Position numbers and translations under genes: made by a program. From a virus (lineage: Duplodnaviria > Caudoviricetes): 50,576 nt of DNA. Positions 8,262 to 18,863 of the stretch are shown here, piece by piece; position 1 is the first letter of the stretch, and each line of letters opens with the position of its first letter. The notes beneath the pieces are model-generated. The model had not been told where the DNA came from and made no database searches. It saw nothing but the letters and a program-made list of their open reading frames with translations. The DNA lies in the IMG/VR virus record IMGVR_UViG_3300037424_002766, positions 1-50,576 of that record. One strand, written 5' to 3'.

Positions 8262-9567
8262 ATTATTAATTATTCCAAGTGATACACAAGGTGTTGGTCA
8301 CTTTAGGTCAATCTGGCCTGCACAGGCAATAGAAAAACATTTTGGAGATGAAGTTGAGGTTGAAATTAATCATCAACCAAACATCAATAACATTGCTTAT
8401 TTTCAAAGCTTTGATATAATTCACTTTCACAGACACATTGGTCCATATGAAGGCTCCGCAGAATTGTTCCCTAAAATAAAGGAAAGCGGAACTGTACTAA
8501 TTATGGATATTGATGACTTCTGGGAGCCACCTTCAACTCACCCTCTTTATGAAATAGTGAAGAGAGATGGATTAAGTGAAAAAATACTTGGTAACATTAA
8601 GCTTGCTGATTATGTGACTACAACTACAGAAGTGTTTGCTGACTACATTAGAAAGTATAATCCAAATGTCAAGATAATACCTAATGCCCTTAACATGGAG
8701 CATCAAATGTGGACTTCTGAAGTAACCGAGAATGTTTCTAATAAATGTAGAATTTCTTGGATTGGTGGTTCTTCTCATCTTCATGACCTTGAGCTTATGA
8801 GACCAGGATTACAACAATTATGGTCAAACAATGACCTAAGAGACAAATTCCAGATTATAATGTGCGGATTTGATACCAGGGGGACGATTACAGAGATGCT
8901 TCCAAATGGTGAGAGAAGAACAAGGAACATTCAGCCTCATGAGACTGTATGGTGTAAATTCGAGGAGATTTTTACAGGTGGATATAAAGACCAAGCGAAT
9001 GACCCAGAATATTACAAGTGGCTCAATAAAATTCAAAAAGCAAAGTCAAGTGATTATAAGGATGACCAATACTTGAAGAATTATGTAAGAAGATGGACTC
9101 TTCCTCTCACTCAATATGGGAAACACTATGACTACACAGACGTATGTCTTGCTCCGTTAATTGATACCTTTGAGGATAGAATAATTCATCAGAAACCAGG
9201 TGGAGGGCAATCAGTTCAGATTCAGAAAAAGAGACACGTATTTAATGAAGTAAAATCAGAGCTGAAAATTATTGAAGCTGGTATGAAAAAGAAGGTATTG
9301 ATTGCTCAGGATTTCGGAATCTATTCTAAGCTTATCGAAGATGGTAAGACTGGGCTTCTTGTTAAGAATGATAAGAAGGATTGGTACAAACACATGAAAA
9401 GAGTTATTGAGGACCCAGCATACAGACAGGAGTTGGCCGAAAATCTTCATGAGTATGTGAAGGATAGATATGAGATTACAAACGTCACAGCTGATAGAGT
9501 TGAGATTTACAAGAGTATCTTAAAAGAACAAAAACAAAACAGCAAAGAACTTGCTGAAGCAAAATAA
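8245..9567 (+). CDS. Glycosyltransferase, GT-B fold (GT4-like)
   Basis: GVGHFRSIWP, MDIDDFW, KIIPNAL, WIGGSSHLHDL, LAPL...FNEVKSELKIIEAG, IEDGKTGLLV. Confidence 0.88.
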   Translation: MKKKIKLLIIPSDTQGVGHFRSIWPAQAIEKHFGDEVEVEINHQPNINNIAYFQSFDIIHFHRHIGPYEGSAELFPKIKESGTVLIMDIDDFWEPPSTHPLYEIVKRDGLSEKILGNIKLADYVTTTTEVFADYIRKYNPNVKIIPNALNMEHQMWTSEVTENVSNKCRISWIGGSSHLHDLELMRPGLQQLWSNNDLRDKFQIIMCGFDTRGTITEMLPNGERRTRNIQPHETVWCKFEEIFTGGYKDQANDPEYYKWLNKIQKAKSSDYKDDQYLKNYVRRWTLPLTQYGKHYDYTDVCLAPLIDTFEDRIIHQKPGGGQSVQIQKKRHVFNEVKSELKIIEAGMKKKVLIAQDFGIYSKLIEDGKTGLLVKNDKKDWYKHMKRVIEDPAYRQELAENLHEYVKDRYEITNVTADRVEIYKSILKEQKQNSKELAEAK

Positions 9568-9600
9568 AAAAAGGAACTCAATTGAGTTCCTTTTCTTTTT
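9566..9600. terminator. Bidirectional intrinsic terminator
   Basis: AAAAGGAACTCA-AT-TGAGTTCCTTTT between convergent genes. Confidence 0.75.
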
Positions 9601-9617
9601 CATTCTGGAGAGAATGA

Positions 9618-11942
9618 TTACAACTTAATAGTTGCTTGTTTATCGACAACGGTACAAGAAATATCTTGACCATCAAGTGAAAGTGTCAATTCATTATCCT
9701 CTCTGCTTGCGAATTCTTGGAACCAAGATTTTCCAACGATTGTTAAGAACTTAGCTTTCGCAATCTCAGTCATTAACTGAGTTTTAGTTCCTCTGAAAGA
9801 ATCAGATTTACTGTAAATCCATTCTTCAATCATCTTGTTCTTGGCATCATCTGTAAGACCGCTAAGAGTTTCTTCGAACGCTCTAAATTCCTTCATTGCT
9901 GGAGCAATAAGCAATTCTTTACCTGAAAGAGAACTTTCATCAAGACCTGCTTGGAATTTTTTCTCAAGAGCATCAAAATCTTTCTTAGTTGGAGCTGTAG
10001 ATAAACCTTTGATTTTCACCTCAAGAGTGTTAACCTCGATTTCTTCGTTCATTTTCTCAACTGTACTTGGTGGGTTAAATCCATAGTCTCTAAGACCAAG
10101 AGATTTCAACCATTCCGTAGCCTCAGCTCCATAAAGGTCAAGGAACCCTTTGCTCGCACCATCAAACAATCTCTTCTTGTACTGATTGAACACGTAGTTC
10201 GCAGCTTGCAGTTTGATTAACTCGTGAGATTTTTTGAACAAAGCCTCTGCAGAAAGTGACTTAACCATTTGTCTGTTAATAACAGGCAATTTAGAAAAGT
10301 TAAGAACCATAATTTTACCAGACTCCCAAGTTTCACCTTCAAGAAGTCCATTGGCTTGTAAAGTATCAAATGTTTCTTTATTCAAGCTCACTGGCAGCTC
10401 ATAAGTGTGAATCACACCATCCTTAATGACTGTGTAGTTTCTGAAAATGTGAGTATCAAACTTAGGTCCTAAGCCAAATTCATTATCAGGAAGCTCTACA
10501 TATCCTTTGTACATTACCTGCACAGAAAGATTAGCTCTTGTCTCATTCCATGTAAGGTTTGAGATTGGACTTGAAGGCATTTCTTCGTTATACTGGAACT
10601 TCAATGTTTCAGTTGTGTTCTCACCTACTTCTTGCAACTTAACTTGAAGTGCTGAGATGTCACCAGCCTCAGTAAGTCTCTTGATTTCATCTTTGTCATC
10701 TTGAGTCATATCTGATTTCTTAGCAACCGCTTTTCCCCCAGTTCTCTTGTAACCAAAAGACTCGTGTCTTGGATACCAGACATTCTCATCACTTGACATT
10801 AATGTTTCAAGCATGTCCATAACACAGAAAGCATCTTCAGCTGGCTCAAGGTCTGGGTTGTATCCCTCAGTGTATCTTTGAGATTCATTGTTCATTGCAT
10901 TAATAAACTTAGCCTCAAGCTCATTGATTTTTTGAGTACCGAAAGTATTTGCTTTCTCAGTAATTAAATAAGCATCACCAATAAGCTTCAATATTTCAGA
11001 CACCATGTTGTAGTCGCTACTTCTTGAGTATGCAAAAGCGGCCCCATAAAGTCCAGCAAAAATACTATCAGAAGTATCACCTCTAAGTGTTGCATCAGAA
11101 ATGAAGTTTTCATCACCAATGCAAGTTGCACTTGGAGTTGTCTCAGTAAAGTAAAATAAATTCACTTCACCTTCAACGCTTACGAAAATTTCATTGTCTT
11201 CATTTGGAAGATATGTGATGATGTCACCATCAACAATATTGAACACGATTCCACCATGTGGTGCGTGGTCAAGCTTGATATACCTTCTCTTAACGCTCTG
11301 ACCGTTATTGAACGCTTTCTCTACGTAAGGCTCATATTCGTCAAAGTTTTTGCTGAATGTATGAACTCCACCAACAGCTGTCGCCATTTCATTAAGAAGC
11401 TTTTTGTTGCAATACCAACCATATTCTACGATTGTTGCGCTTGCAAGCTCTTCTTTAACGCCTTCGATTGCGCTGATAATCTCCTTGGTTGACCAACAGT
11501 TATCATAACCATCTGTTAAGAAGAACATTGTGTGAAGCATATCTTTATTCCTTCCTTGGACTCTTTTGATTACTTCCTTAAGTTCAACAAGTGGTTCTTT
11601 AAACGCAGTCAATCCAACTGTGGTTAAATACTTGTCGATAAGGTCTTTGACCTTGTTTAGGCTGATAGCGCTATTTACGTGGTAATCCTCAAGAAGGACT
11701 CCGTACTGACCTCTACCTGAAAACCAGATGATTGTTACCGAATCATTAGGTTTAAGCATTGTAGAAATTTTGTTGTACAGGTCTTTTCGGATTTGAGAAA
11801 GTTCTCCCCACATAGAACCAGAGCAGTCAATGATAAACGTGTGGTGTGCAGCAACTTCTACAGTCTTCGTTTCAGAAGTTTCAGGCTTAACAACCTGATT
11901 GTAGAAAAATTTACCGTTTCCAGCATTCAAATACTTTGACAT
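9618..11942 (-). CDS. von Willebrand factor A (vWA) domain protein
   Basis: MIDAS motif IIDCSGSM and FFLTDG; long C-terminal region of unknown function. Confidence 0.82.
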   Translation of the reverse strand: MSKYLNAGNGKFFYNQVVKPETSETKTVEVAAHHTFIIDCSGSMWGELSQIRKDLYNKISTMLKPNDSVTIIWFSGRGQYGVLLEDYHVNSAISLNKVKDLIDKYLTTVGLTAFKEPLVELKEVIKRVQGRNKDMLHTMFFLTDGYDNCWSTKEIISAIEGVKEELASATIVEYGWYCNKKLLNEMATAVGGVHTFSKNFDEYEPYVEKAFNNGQSVKRRYIKLDHAPHGGIVFNIVDGDIITYLPNEDNEIFVSVEGEVNLFYFTETTPSATCIGDENFISDATLRGDTSDSIFAGLYGAAFAYSRSSDYNMVSEILKLIGDAYLITEKANTFGTQKINELEAKFINAMNNESQRYTEGYNPDLEPAEDAFCVMDMLETLMSSDENVWYPRHESFGYKRTGGKAVAKKSDMTQDDKDEIKRLTEAGDISALQVKLQEVGENTTETLKFQYNEEMPSSPISNLTWNETRANLSVQVMYKGYVELPDNEFGLGPKFDTHIFRNYTVIKDGVIHTYELPVSLNKETFDTLQANGLLEGETWESGKIMVLNFSKLPVINRQMVKSLSAEALFKKSHELIKLQAANYVFNQYKKRLFDGASKGFLDLYGAEATEWLKSLGLRDYGFNPPSTVEKMNEEIEVNTLEVKIKGLSTAPTKKDFDALEKKFQAGLDESSLSGKELLIAPAMKEFRAFEETLSGLTDDAKNKMIEEWIYSKSDSFRGTKTQLMTEIAKAKFLTIVGKSWFQEFASREDNELTLSLDGQDISCTVVDKQATIKL

Positions 11943-11983
11943 AATTCTTGTACTTTTTTAGATTTAAAAAAATTTGTTGAAGG

Positions 11984-12014
11984 CGAAGGTATATAAAAAA
12001 ACGAATTAACCAAA
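11984..12014 (-). promoter_or_regulatory. Bacteroidota-type housekeeping promoter
   Basis: Minus strand TTTG-N19-TACCTTCG upstream of the vWA gene. Confidence 0.6.
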
Positions 12015-12072
12015 AAAAATTCTTGATTAATTGTCTTTTTTAATGTATTTATTAATAAACGACCTGTAAAAT

Positions 12073-12894
12073 ATGGAAAATATTAGCTATAACTTTGGAG
12101 CAATACGAGATAGCATAGCCAAGCTATCTTCAATAGAACTTATCAAAGAGAATAAAAGTAGTACTCTTGATAGTTTTATTAAGAAGACAAATGCAAGTCC
12201 CAACTTGAAGAAACAGCAATTAATCTACAAAAACATCCAGGAATGTAAACCATTTGCTAAAGAAAGATTAGCTGAAAGATTCTTAAACCAAAATCTTAAT
12301 ATGTTCAGAAATGCCAATTGGCAAGAAATACTAAGAGAAAACATGAGCTTAAGAAAAGAGCTTCTTGGTAATCCAGATGAGAGTCATGTTGAGGCCAAGG
12401 CAAATGGAGAAATTTTCGAATCTATAAATACCTTGATTGAATCTGTTAGTAACCCTGGATTCTCTGATTTTGAAAGAGAAGGTATTGCTTACGACATGGT
12501 ATTAGAATTCCTTACAAGAGAAGTTGAGGAAACAGAACAATCTTTAGAGGTAGATGATTCCCCAGCTCTTAAGGAGGCTTGGAAATTCGTCACCAAACTG
12601 GCAGTGAATAACTTTAACCAAAGATATGAACACCTTAATGAGTCTGAAAAAGAAGTTCTATCAGTACTTACATCTGGAATCAGTGATAAAGAAGAATACC
12701 TTAAGGACATCAAAAATGAAAACCTTGAGCTAATCAACTCTCTTCTTGAAAATGAGAACACAGAAAAGGTAAATCACGAAATATTGATGGAATTCAAAGG
12801 TAAAGTTGAGAGAATTGAAAAGGTTTCTCCAAATGAAATTGATGACTACATCCTTGAATGCATTGACCTAAGGGAAACTCTTAATGAGTTGTAA
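12073..12894 (+). CDS. Hypothetical helical protein (late)
   Basis: 273 aa; late motif 12046-12052. Confidence 0.7.
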   Translation: MENISYNFGAIRDSIAKLSSIELIKENKSSTLDSFIKKTNASPNLKKQQLIYKNIQECKPFAKERLAERFLNQNLNMFRNANWQEILRENMSLRKELLGNPDESHVEAKANGEIFESINTLIESVSNPGFSDFEREGIAYDMVLEFLTREVEETEQSLEVDDSPALKEAWKFVTKLAVNNFNQRYEHLNESEKEVLSVLTSGISDKEEYLKDIKNENLELINSLLENENTEKVNHEILMEFKGKVERIEKVSPNEIDDYILECIDLRETLNEL

Positions 12895-12929
12895 TAGGTT
12901 CTATACTGATAAATTTTAAATTACGCAAG

Positions 12930-12958
12930 AAAAAGTGAGATTATTTCTCACTTTTTTT
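12930..12958 (+). terminator. Intrinsic terminator
   Basis: AAAAAGTGAGA-TTATT-TCTCACTTTTTTT. Confidence 0.7.
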
Positions 12959-13008
12959 GTTTTAGCAATTTTCTTTGCCTATATTTCATTATTAATGAAA
13001 CACAAAGT

Positions 13009-13521
13009 ATGGAAGTTAAAGCAAAAAGAACTGCGAGGGAGATTAGGGTTGAGGATAGTCTTATCAACAATAAAAATATCAATGTAAAGATTGGGACAGT
13101 TGAAAATAGAGATGCCCCAGAGACTGTATACATATTTATTAGCTTCTGGGCTAAACCAGTAGAAAGCATGTCCGATGAGCATCAAGATGTATTAAAGGAT
13201 ATTTTGAACACTAACTTGAGTAGCATCTACAAACAAGACCTAAGAACTTATTTAAAGGATAATCAATACTTTACAAACGAGAAAGAAAACATCTATATTA
13301 AGAGTATTCCAGAGAACATTAACTACAATAATAAGAGAAATTTTATTTCTCTGGAATTATACTTACATACATTAAATGTTAAATCGGATAACAAATTACC
13401 GTTGAGTAACAAAAAAAACACAGAAATCTTCAATGAGGCGGTAAAAATCGCAAACATTGTTGGAGATTCTTCTTTACTATCAGATGGCGATGAATTTGAG
13501 ATATTTAAGAAATCCATGTAA
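13009..13521 (+). CDS. Hypothetical protein
   Basis: 170 aa; preceded by TTTG-N20-TATATTTC (12956-12987), a host-type promoter variant. Confidence 0.7.
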   Translation: MEVKAKRTAREIRVEDSLINNKNINVKIGTVENRDAPETVYIFISFWAKPVESMSDEHQDVLKDILNTNLSSIYKQDLRTYLKDNQYFTNEKENIYIKSIPENINYNNKRNFISLELYLHTLNVKSDNKLPLSNKKNTEIFNEAVKIANIVGDSSLLSDGDEFEIFKKSM

Positions 13522-13542
13522 TATCATATTGTTTATTTTTTT

Positions 13543-13569
13543 AGACCTCCGCAAGGGGGTCTTTTTTTT
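13543..13569 (+). terminator. Intrinsic terminator
   Basis: AGACCTCC-GCAA-GGGGGTCT followed by a T run. Confidence 0.8.
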
Positions 13570-13591
13570 GCTATTTATTATAAAATGAGCA

Positions 13592-14584
13592 ATGGAAAAA
13601 CAAATGTCTGAAAAAGAACTTAGAGACTTCATAAGAGAAAGTCTGTCAGAAACATCACTAAGTAGCGAGTTAGACTCAGAGGACCAATCTCAAAATGATA
13701 TTGATTTCGCAGATAGTCTTGCTGTTGATGGTGATAGCTATGAAAACGATATTAACTATGGACTTGATAACCCAGAAGCAATAGGTTCGCCAATGAATTA
13801 TGATACAGCTGAAGATAAAGCGGCTCTCAGGCAAGGTGGGGATGAATCTTATAACGATGAATTCTCAGACCTAAACGGCTACACAGAATTTGGAAGTGAC
13901 TATCAACTGAACCCAGAAGATATGCCATCTATTGCTCCTCAATACTTTAATGAAAATATGGAACTTACACAAGATGAGCTTGAAAAATTAATCAAGGAAG
14001 GGGTTGAAAGATTTCATAAGCAAACTCTAATCGAAAACAGACTTAACCAGATTAACCAAGAACTAAATGCCCTTAGTAATCCAGAGGCTTGGGAAGATGC
14101 TCGTCAAGAAGCTCAGGCTCAACTTAGAAAGAAAAATATTGCTTGGACAAATCTTACTCAAAAAGAAAGATTGGTTTCTGAGAACAAATATTCAAAGAAA
14201 GCAAGTGACTTTATTGGAAAAGAAATCAGTCACCTAATACACGACAAAGACTATGAGCATGACAGAGCTGTTGCGGCTGCAATTAACATAGCAAAAGATA
14301 AGGGATATAAAATTCCTGAACCAACAAATGAAGAAGCTCCTTCAGCTGGACTCAGTAAAAAAGAGAAATCTAATATAGTGAAGAAAGCGAAGGCAGGAAA
14401 AGACATTGGAAAACCAGGCAAAGGTTTTGATGCAGTTGTAGCTAATGCTAAAAAATCTGGAGTCAAAGACCCAGAGGCGGTTGCTGCTGCAGCGATGTGG
14501 AAAAGTATCAAGAGAGAAACTGTCAATGAAATAATGAGTAGAGCCAATAATTTAATGGCTGAAGCTAACAAAAAATTGAATTGA
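13592..14584 (+). CDS. Putative internal head protein: acidic N-half, basic Lys/Ala-rich C-terminal modules
   Basis: ELRDFIRES and ELEKLIKEG motifs; basic modules DRAVAAAINIAK and KAKAGKDIGKPGKGF; late motif 13572-13578; directly upstream of the protease. Confidence 0.6.
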   Translation: MEKQMSEKELRDFIRESLSETSLSSELDSEDQSQNDIDFADSLAVDGDSYENDINYGLDNPEAIGSPMNYDTAEDKAALRQGGDESYNDEFSDLNGYTEFGSDYQLNPEDMPSIAPQYFNENMELTQDELEKLIKEGVERFHKQTLIENRLNQINQELNALSNPEAWEDARQEAQAQLRKKNIAWTNLTQKERLVSENKYSKKASDFIGKEISHLIHDKDYEHDRAVAAAINIAKDKGYKIPEPTNEEAPSAGLSKKEKSNIVKKAKAGKDIGKPGKGFDAVVANAKKSGVKDPEAVAAAAMWKSIKRETVNEIMSRANNLMAEANKKLN

Positions 14585-14695
14585 GATAAGTAATCAATAC
14601 TTTCTAAAATTAGAAAAACCCTATTATCAAGCTTTTTTATTAAACCTACCGAAATTTCGAAAAAATCGAATATTTATAGTTAAACGACACAACAA

Positions 14696-15364
14696 ATGAT
14701 AACTAACAACGAAAAGTATATTATTTCAGAGTTCTATGAATTTAAGTGCCCAAAGGAACTTATAATAGAATCTGAGAAAACTGGTAAGCCGCTTATCATG
14801 ACAGGTATCTTACAAAAAGCTGACCAGCTTAACAGAAATGGTAGGGTATACCCAGAGCATATCTTAAGAAGAGAAGTTGAGAAGTATATGGAGCTTGTTG
14901 AAAATCATACAGCAGGTGGTGAACTTGACCACCCAGATAGCGCTGTAGTATCTCTTGCAAATGTATCACATAGAGTAACTGAAATGTGGTGGCAAGGTAA
15001 AGACCTTTATGGTAAAGTTCTTATCGCTGAAGAGACTCCTGCAGGTCAAATTCTTAAAGGTCTTCTTAAAGCTGGATTCATGCTTGGTATTTCATCAAGA
15101 GGGGTTGGTTCTGTAAAAAGTAAAAACGACCAGGATATTGTACAAGAAGATTTTGAATTAATAGCATTTGACTTTGTGTCATCTCCATCTACTCCAGGAG
15201 CCTACTTGTTTAAAGAAGGTAAAGGTCATAGAGTATTGGGGGCAGGAATGATTCCATTATCACAATCTACAGGGGTATTAACTACAGAGGGGGTTCAAGA
15301 AAAATTGTCTCACTACCAGAAAATGCACCAATTAGCTAATAGTGATTTTTGGAAAAATAAGTAA
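14696..15364 (+). CDS. gp21: Prohead core protease (T4 gp21-like)
   Basis: NRNGRVYP, GELDHP (His), GISSRGVGS (Ser), DFVSSPSTPGA. Confidence 0.93.
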   Translation: MITNNEKYIISEFYEFKCPKELIIESEKTGKPLIMTGILQKADQLNRNGRVYPEHILRREVEKYMELVENHTAGGELDHPDSAVVSLANVSHRVTEMWWQGKDLYGKVLIAEETPAGQILKGLLKAGFMLGISSRGVGSVKSKNDQDIVQEDFELIAFDFVSSPSTPGAYLFKEGKGHRVLGAGMIPLSQSTGVLTTEGVQEKLSHYQKMHQLANSDFWKNK

Positions 15365-15440
15365 AAAAATTATTCAGATTTAGGTTTTATAAAATTTACG
15401 AATATTTATTAGAAAATCAACAGTCATTAAATTAACAGAT

Positions 15441-16757
15441 ATGAGCGACAAGAAGATTAATAAATCAACACTTAAGGAAGCTAAGGAGCAGTTTGAAGAG
15501 ATTCAAAAGTTCGCAATCGAAGAGGCTACAAAAGGTCTTAAGGAGGATGTTAGCAAAAAAGTTATTGAGCTCATGAATGCTTCATTAGAAGATGAAACTC
15601 TTAATGAAGAAGTAACTATTCAGGCTGGAGAAACTACAATTGAAATTGATGATGACGGAACGGTTAAAATCAATCCAGAAGGCCAAGATACAGAACATGT
15701 ATTTTCATCTGAAGAAAACGAAGATGATGAAGATGGCGATGAAGGTGAAATTGAAGTTTCTGATGAAGATGATGAAATTGAAATTGATAACTCAGAAATA
15801 GAAGAAATGAATTTAGAAGAAATGAACTTCGAAGAGCAAGACGCTATGGCTGCTCCAGCTCCAGAAGTTGCACCTGCACCAGAAGCTATGCCAGCTGAAC
15901 CAGCAATGGAAGAGCCAGTAGCAGAAGAAGCTCCAGCTGAAGAAATGGCAAACCCATTCCAAGCTCTTATGGACAAGATGGACCAAATGATGAGCATGAT
16001 GGGTGGTAACGCTGCTGAAGGAAGCGATGAAATCGACATAATTGACGATACTGAAGCTGCTCCAGCACCAGAGGCTGCACCAGCTCCAGCGCCAGTTGCT
16101 GAAGAAATCACATTTGAAGTCGTTAACAACGAAATGGAAGTTCCAGAGATGGAAGATGAAGTTCTTGAAATCGTTGAACCAGATGACGACACTATGGAAG
16201 AGGTTAAAATGATGGGAGCATCTCATACTGTTCAAAGAAGTACTGGTGACAGTGCTGGACCTGCAAAGGCAAAAGAGGACAGAGCGAGATATGCCATGAG
16301 AGAAAATAAAGAAAATAAAGCTCAATATGAGGCTAAATTAGCCGAGCTCATTAAGGAAAACGAAAGTTTAAAATCGGAGAAAGAAGAATTAGAACAAGAA
16401 CTTATCAAGTTTGAGAACGGATTCATCAAGCTCCAAGAAAATTTTGGTCAAATGCAAGACTACAACGCTAAGTTGGTTATGGCTTATAAAGTAGCTATGT
16501 CAGGTGGTCTTACAACAGATGAGAAAGTTCAGATTTCTGAGCAGTTCGACAAGTGCGATACTGTAGAAGATGCTGAAAAACTTTACAAGTCTATTGTAAA
16601 CGAACACAAAATCAAGGTTAATAAAAACCCTGAGAAAAGCATAAAATCTACTTCTATTAAGTCTACTCCAGCTAAGAGTGTATCACAACCACTATACGAA
16701 AGTAAAGAGGTTGCGAGAATGAAGCAACTTGCTGGAATCAGAAAAAATGAATTATAA
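15441..16757 (+). CDS. Prohead scaffolding protein (T4 gp22 position)
   Basis: Very acidic, Pro/Ala linkers, C-terminal coiled coil; lies between protease and capsid. Confidence 0.8.
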   Translation: MSDKKINKSTLKEAKEQFEEIQKFAIEEATKGLKEDVSKKVIELMNASLEDETLNEEVTIQAGETTIEIDDDGTVKINPEGQDTEHVFSSEENEDDEDGDEGEIEVSDEDDEIEIDNSEIEEMNLEEMNFEEQDAMAAPAPEVAPAPEAMPAEPAMEEPVAEEAPAEEMANPFQALMDKMDQMMSMMGGNAAEGSDEIDIIDDTEAAPAPEAAPAPAPVAEEITFEVVNNEMEVPEMEDEVLEIVEPDDDTMEEVKMMGASHTVQRSTGDSAGPAKAKEDRARYAMRENKENKAQYEAKLAELIKENESLKSEKEELEQELIKFENGFIKLQENFGQMQDYNAKLVMAYKVAMSGGLTTDEKVQISEQFDKCDTVEDAEKLYKSIVNEHKIKVNKNPEKSIKSTSIKSTPAKSVSQPLYESKEVARMKQLAGIRKNEL

Positions 16758-16813
16758 AAATATGTTTTTCGCAAAAAAAAGTAAATAAAATTAGAAAATA
16801 CTTTTTTTAGACA

Positions 16814-16820
16814 TATTTAT
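16814..16820 (+). promoter_or_regulatory. Putative late promoter motif TATTTAT of the capsid gene
   Basis: 26 nt before ATG 16847. Confidence 0.65.
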
Positions 16821-16846
16821 TGTTAAACAAATTAAAACTTTTAAAA

Positions 16847-18523
16847 ATGAGCGAATTATTGAACAGTGGTAAAGTTGGACTTACAGTCTTCAAAAACTTG
16901 GCTGAGCAAAGAAAAGCAATCGTTGATAGCTGGTCTGATTCTGGACTTCTTGACGAAGGTTACGACATGAGCGGAAACCCAATCAGAATGAAAGGTATCA
17001 AAGCTGCTAACGTAGCACAGCTTCTTGAGAATCAAGCTGCTGCAATGTTGAACGAGGTAACTCTTGATTCATCTGCAGGAAGATTCGATACAGTAGCATT
17101 CCCAATCGTGAGAAGAGTATTCTCAAGATTACTTGCTAACGAGATTGTATCTGTACAGCCTTTGGCATTACCATCAGGACTTTTATTCTACATGGACGCA
17201 AGAGTTTCTTACAACGGTAGCGATACCCACTTCGAAGCAACACCTCCAGGAATAACAAACGGAACAGGAACCAGAGACATCGTGGCTCCTCAAAACACAG
17301 CTAACGGACAAGCAGGTCCTAATTTTGCTGACACAACTGCTTACGAGCGTTTCTACAACAACCAAGGATTTGACATGTCTTTCGGAACAGGTTTCACAGC
17401 AATGGGAACTACTTCTGCATCGGCTGCAACTGCATGGGTTGGTGGTCTTAACAACATGGTGTTCGCACTTGGTGTTGGATTCGATACATCTAAGCAACAA
17501 TCATCAGCTACTTTGAGATTCTCAGCTGTAACTGACATCTACTACTCATCTACTACAGGAAACCAATTATTGGTTGCAGCAGGAGGGAACATTCCTTTCT
17601 TCTCATCTGTACAAACTTGGGCACAAGACCAGTTCAACGATGGATACGCAAGAGTAATTCTTGACCTTAGACCAGCTGGTGTATATGGTACAGACTTCGA
17701 TGCAAGCATGCTTAACGATGGTACAAACTTCGGTGCAGCTTACTCAATCGCAGCAGTTCCTACATACGAAATCTTCAATGACCTTGAAGCTAAGTCAGAA
17801 ATGGCTGAACTTACAATCAGATTCTCATCTGTAACTGTAAACACTGTAACAAGAAAACTTAGAGCACACTGGACTCCAGAACTTGCTCAAGACCTTGAAG
17901 CATACCACTCAATTGATGCTGAGGCTGAGCTTACTGCTCTTCTTTCTGAGCACGTTGCAGCGGAAATTGATAGAGAAATCATCATCGACCTTATCAACGG
18001 AGCACCGTTCAGAGCAAGATGGGATTACAAAGGACTTTCATCTAATGCGAACTTCTTCGGAACTCAAAAAGACTGGAACCAAACTCTTATCACAAGAATT
18101 AACGAGCTTTCAGCTCAAATTCACAAAGCAACCCTTAGAGGTGGTGCAAACTGGATTGTATGTTCTGCAGAAGCAGGAGCAATCTTCGATGACTTGGAAT
18201 ACTTCCACGTTGATGGTAGCGCAGCTCCAGAAAGCGAAAAGTACAACCTTGGAGTTGAAAAAATCGGTAACTTAGGTTCAAGATACGTAGTATACAAAGA
18301 CCCTTATTTACCAGCGAATATCGTTCTTCTTGGACACAAAGGTAACACTTTCCTTGAAGCTGGATATATCTACGCTCCATACATCCCTCTTCAGTTGACA
18401 CAAACCATCACTGACCCTAACGATTTCACTCCAAGAAAAGGAATCATGACTCGTTACGCTAAGAAAATGGTTAACAACAGATTCTACGGAGTTGTATACA
18501 TTGATAACATTAACAAGTACTAA
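16847..18523 (+). CDS. gp23: Major capsid protein (T4 gp23-like)
   Basis: LLENQ, FPIVRRV..VSVQP, TRKLRAHWTPELAQDLEAYH, EIDREII, YAPYIPL, GIMTRYA; ATG 16847; likely maturation site MLNE. Confidence 0.97.
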   Translation: MSELLNSGKVGLTVFKNLAEQRKAIVDSWSDSGLLDEGYDMSGNPIRMKGIKAANVAQLLENQAAAMLNEVTLDSSAGRFDTVAFPIVRRVFSRLLANEIVSVQPLALPSGLLFYMDARVSYNGSDTHFEATPPGITNGTGTRDIVAPQNTANGQAGPNFADTTAYERFYNNQGFDMSFGTGFTAMGTTSASAATAWVGGLNNMVFALGVGFDTSKQQSSATLRFSAVTDIYYSSTTGNQLLVAAGGNIPFFSSVQTWAQDQFNDGYARVILDLRPAGVYGTDFDASMLNDGTNFGAAYSIAAVPTYEIFNDLEAKSEMAELTIRFSSVTVNTVTRKLRAHWTPELAQDLEAYHSIDAEAELTALLSEHVAAEIDREIIIDLINGAPFRARWDYKGLSSNANFFGTQKDWNQTLITRINELSAQIHKATLRGGANWIVCSAEAGAIFDDLEYFHVDGSAAPESEKYNLGVEKIGNLGSRYVVYKDPYLPANIVLLGHKGNTFLEAGYIYAPYIPLQLTQTITDPNDFTPRKGIMTRYAKKMVNNRFYGVVYIDNINKY

Positions 18524-18560
18524 TCCGAAAGGAACAGGAAAGTTTAATAATCATAAACTA

Positions 18561-18595
18561 AAAAAGGAGGAATTCGAAAGAGTTCCTCTTTTTTT
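18561..18595. terminator. Bidirectional intrinsic terminator after the capsid gene
   Basis: GGAGGAATTC-GAAA-GAGTTCCTCT flanked by A and T runs. Confidence 0.85.
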
Positions 18596-18600
18596 GTCCA

Positions 18601-18834
18601 TTATTTTCTGTTATTTGTGTCTAAATAAAGTTGATTTAGCTCTTCCAGAGTAGCATTTGGGTCAAGAGCTTTTTCTATGAGAGGCCAATTTTCCATTGCC
18701 CTGTCCGCTTCTCTTTTGATTAATTCCTCAAGTTTATCATTATCTTCTTGTATAAATTGAGCCAAATTATACAGAGGACTCAAGAGATTTCTCAACCTCT
18801 CACACCTTCTTTGTTCTACGTTTAAATCATCCAT
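18601..18834 (-). CDS. Small helical protein, weakly HisKA/DHp-like
   Basis: 77 aa; ERLRNLLSPL..LAQFI and LIKREADR. Confidence 0.55.
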   Translation of the reverse strand: MDDLNVEQRRCERLRNLLSPLYNLAQFIQEDNDKLEELIKREADRAMENWPLIEKALDPNATLEELNQLYLDTNNRK

Positions 18835-18863
18835 AAAAGTTATACGTATAAGAAATAATTATG

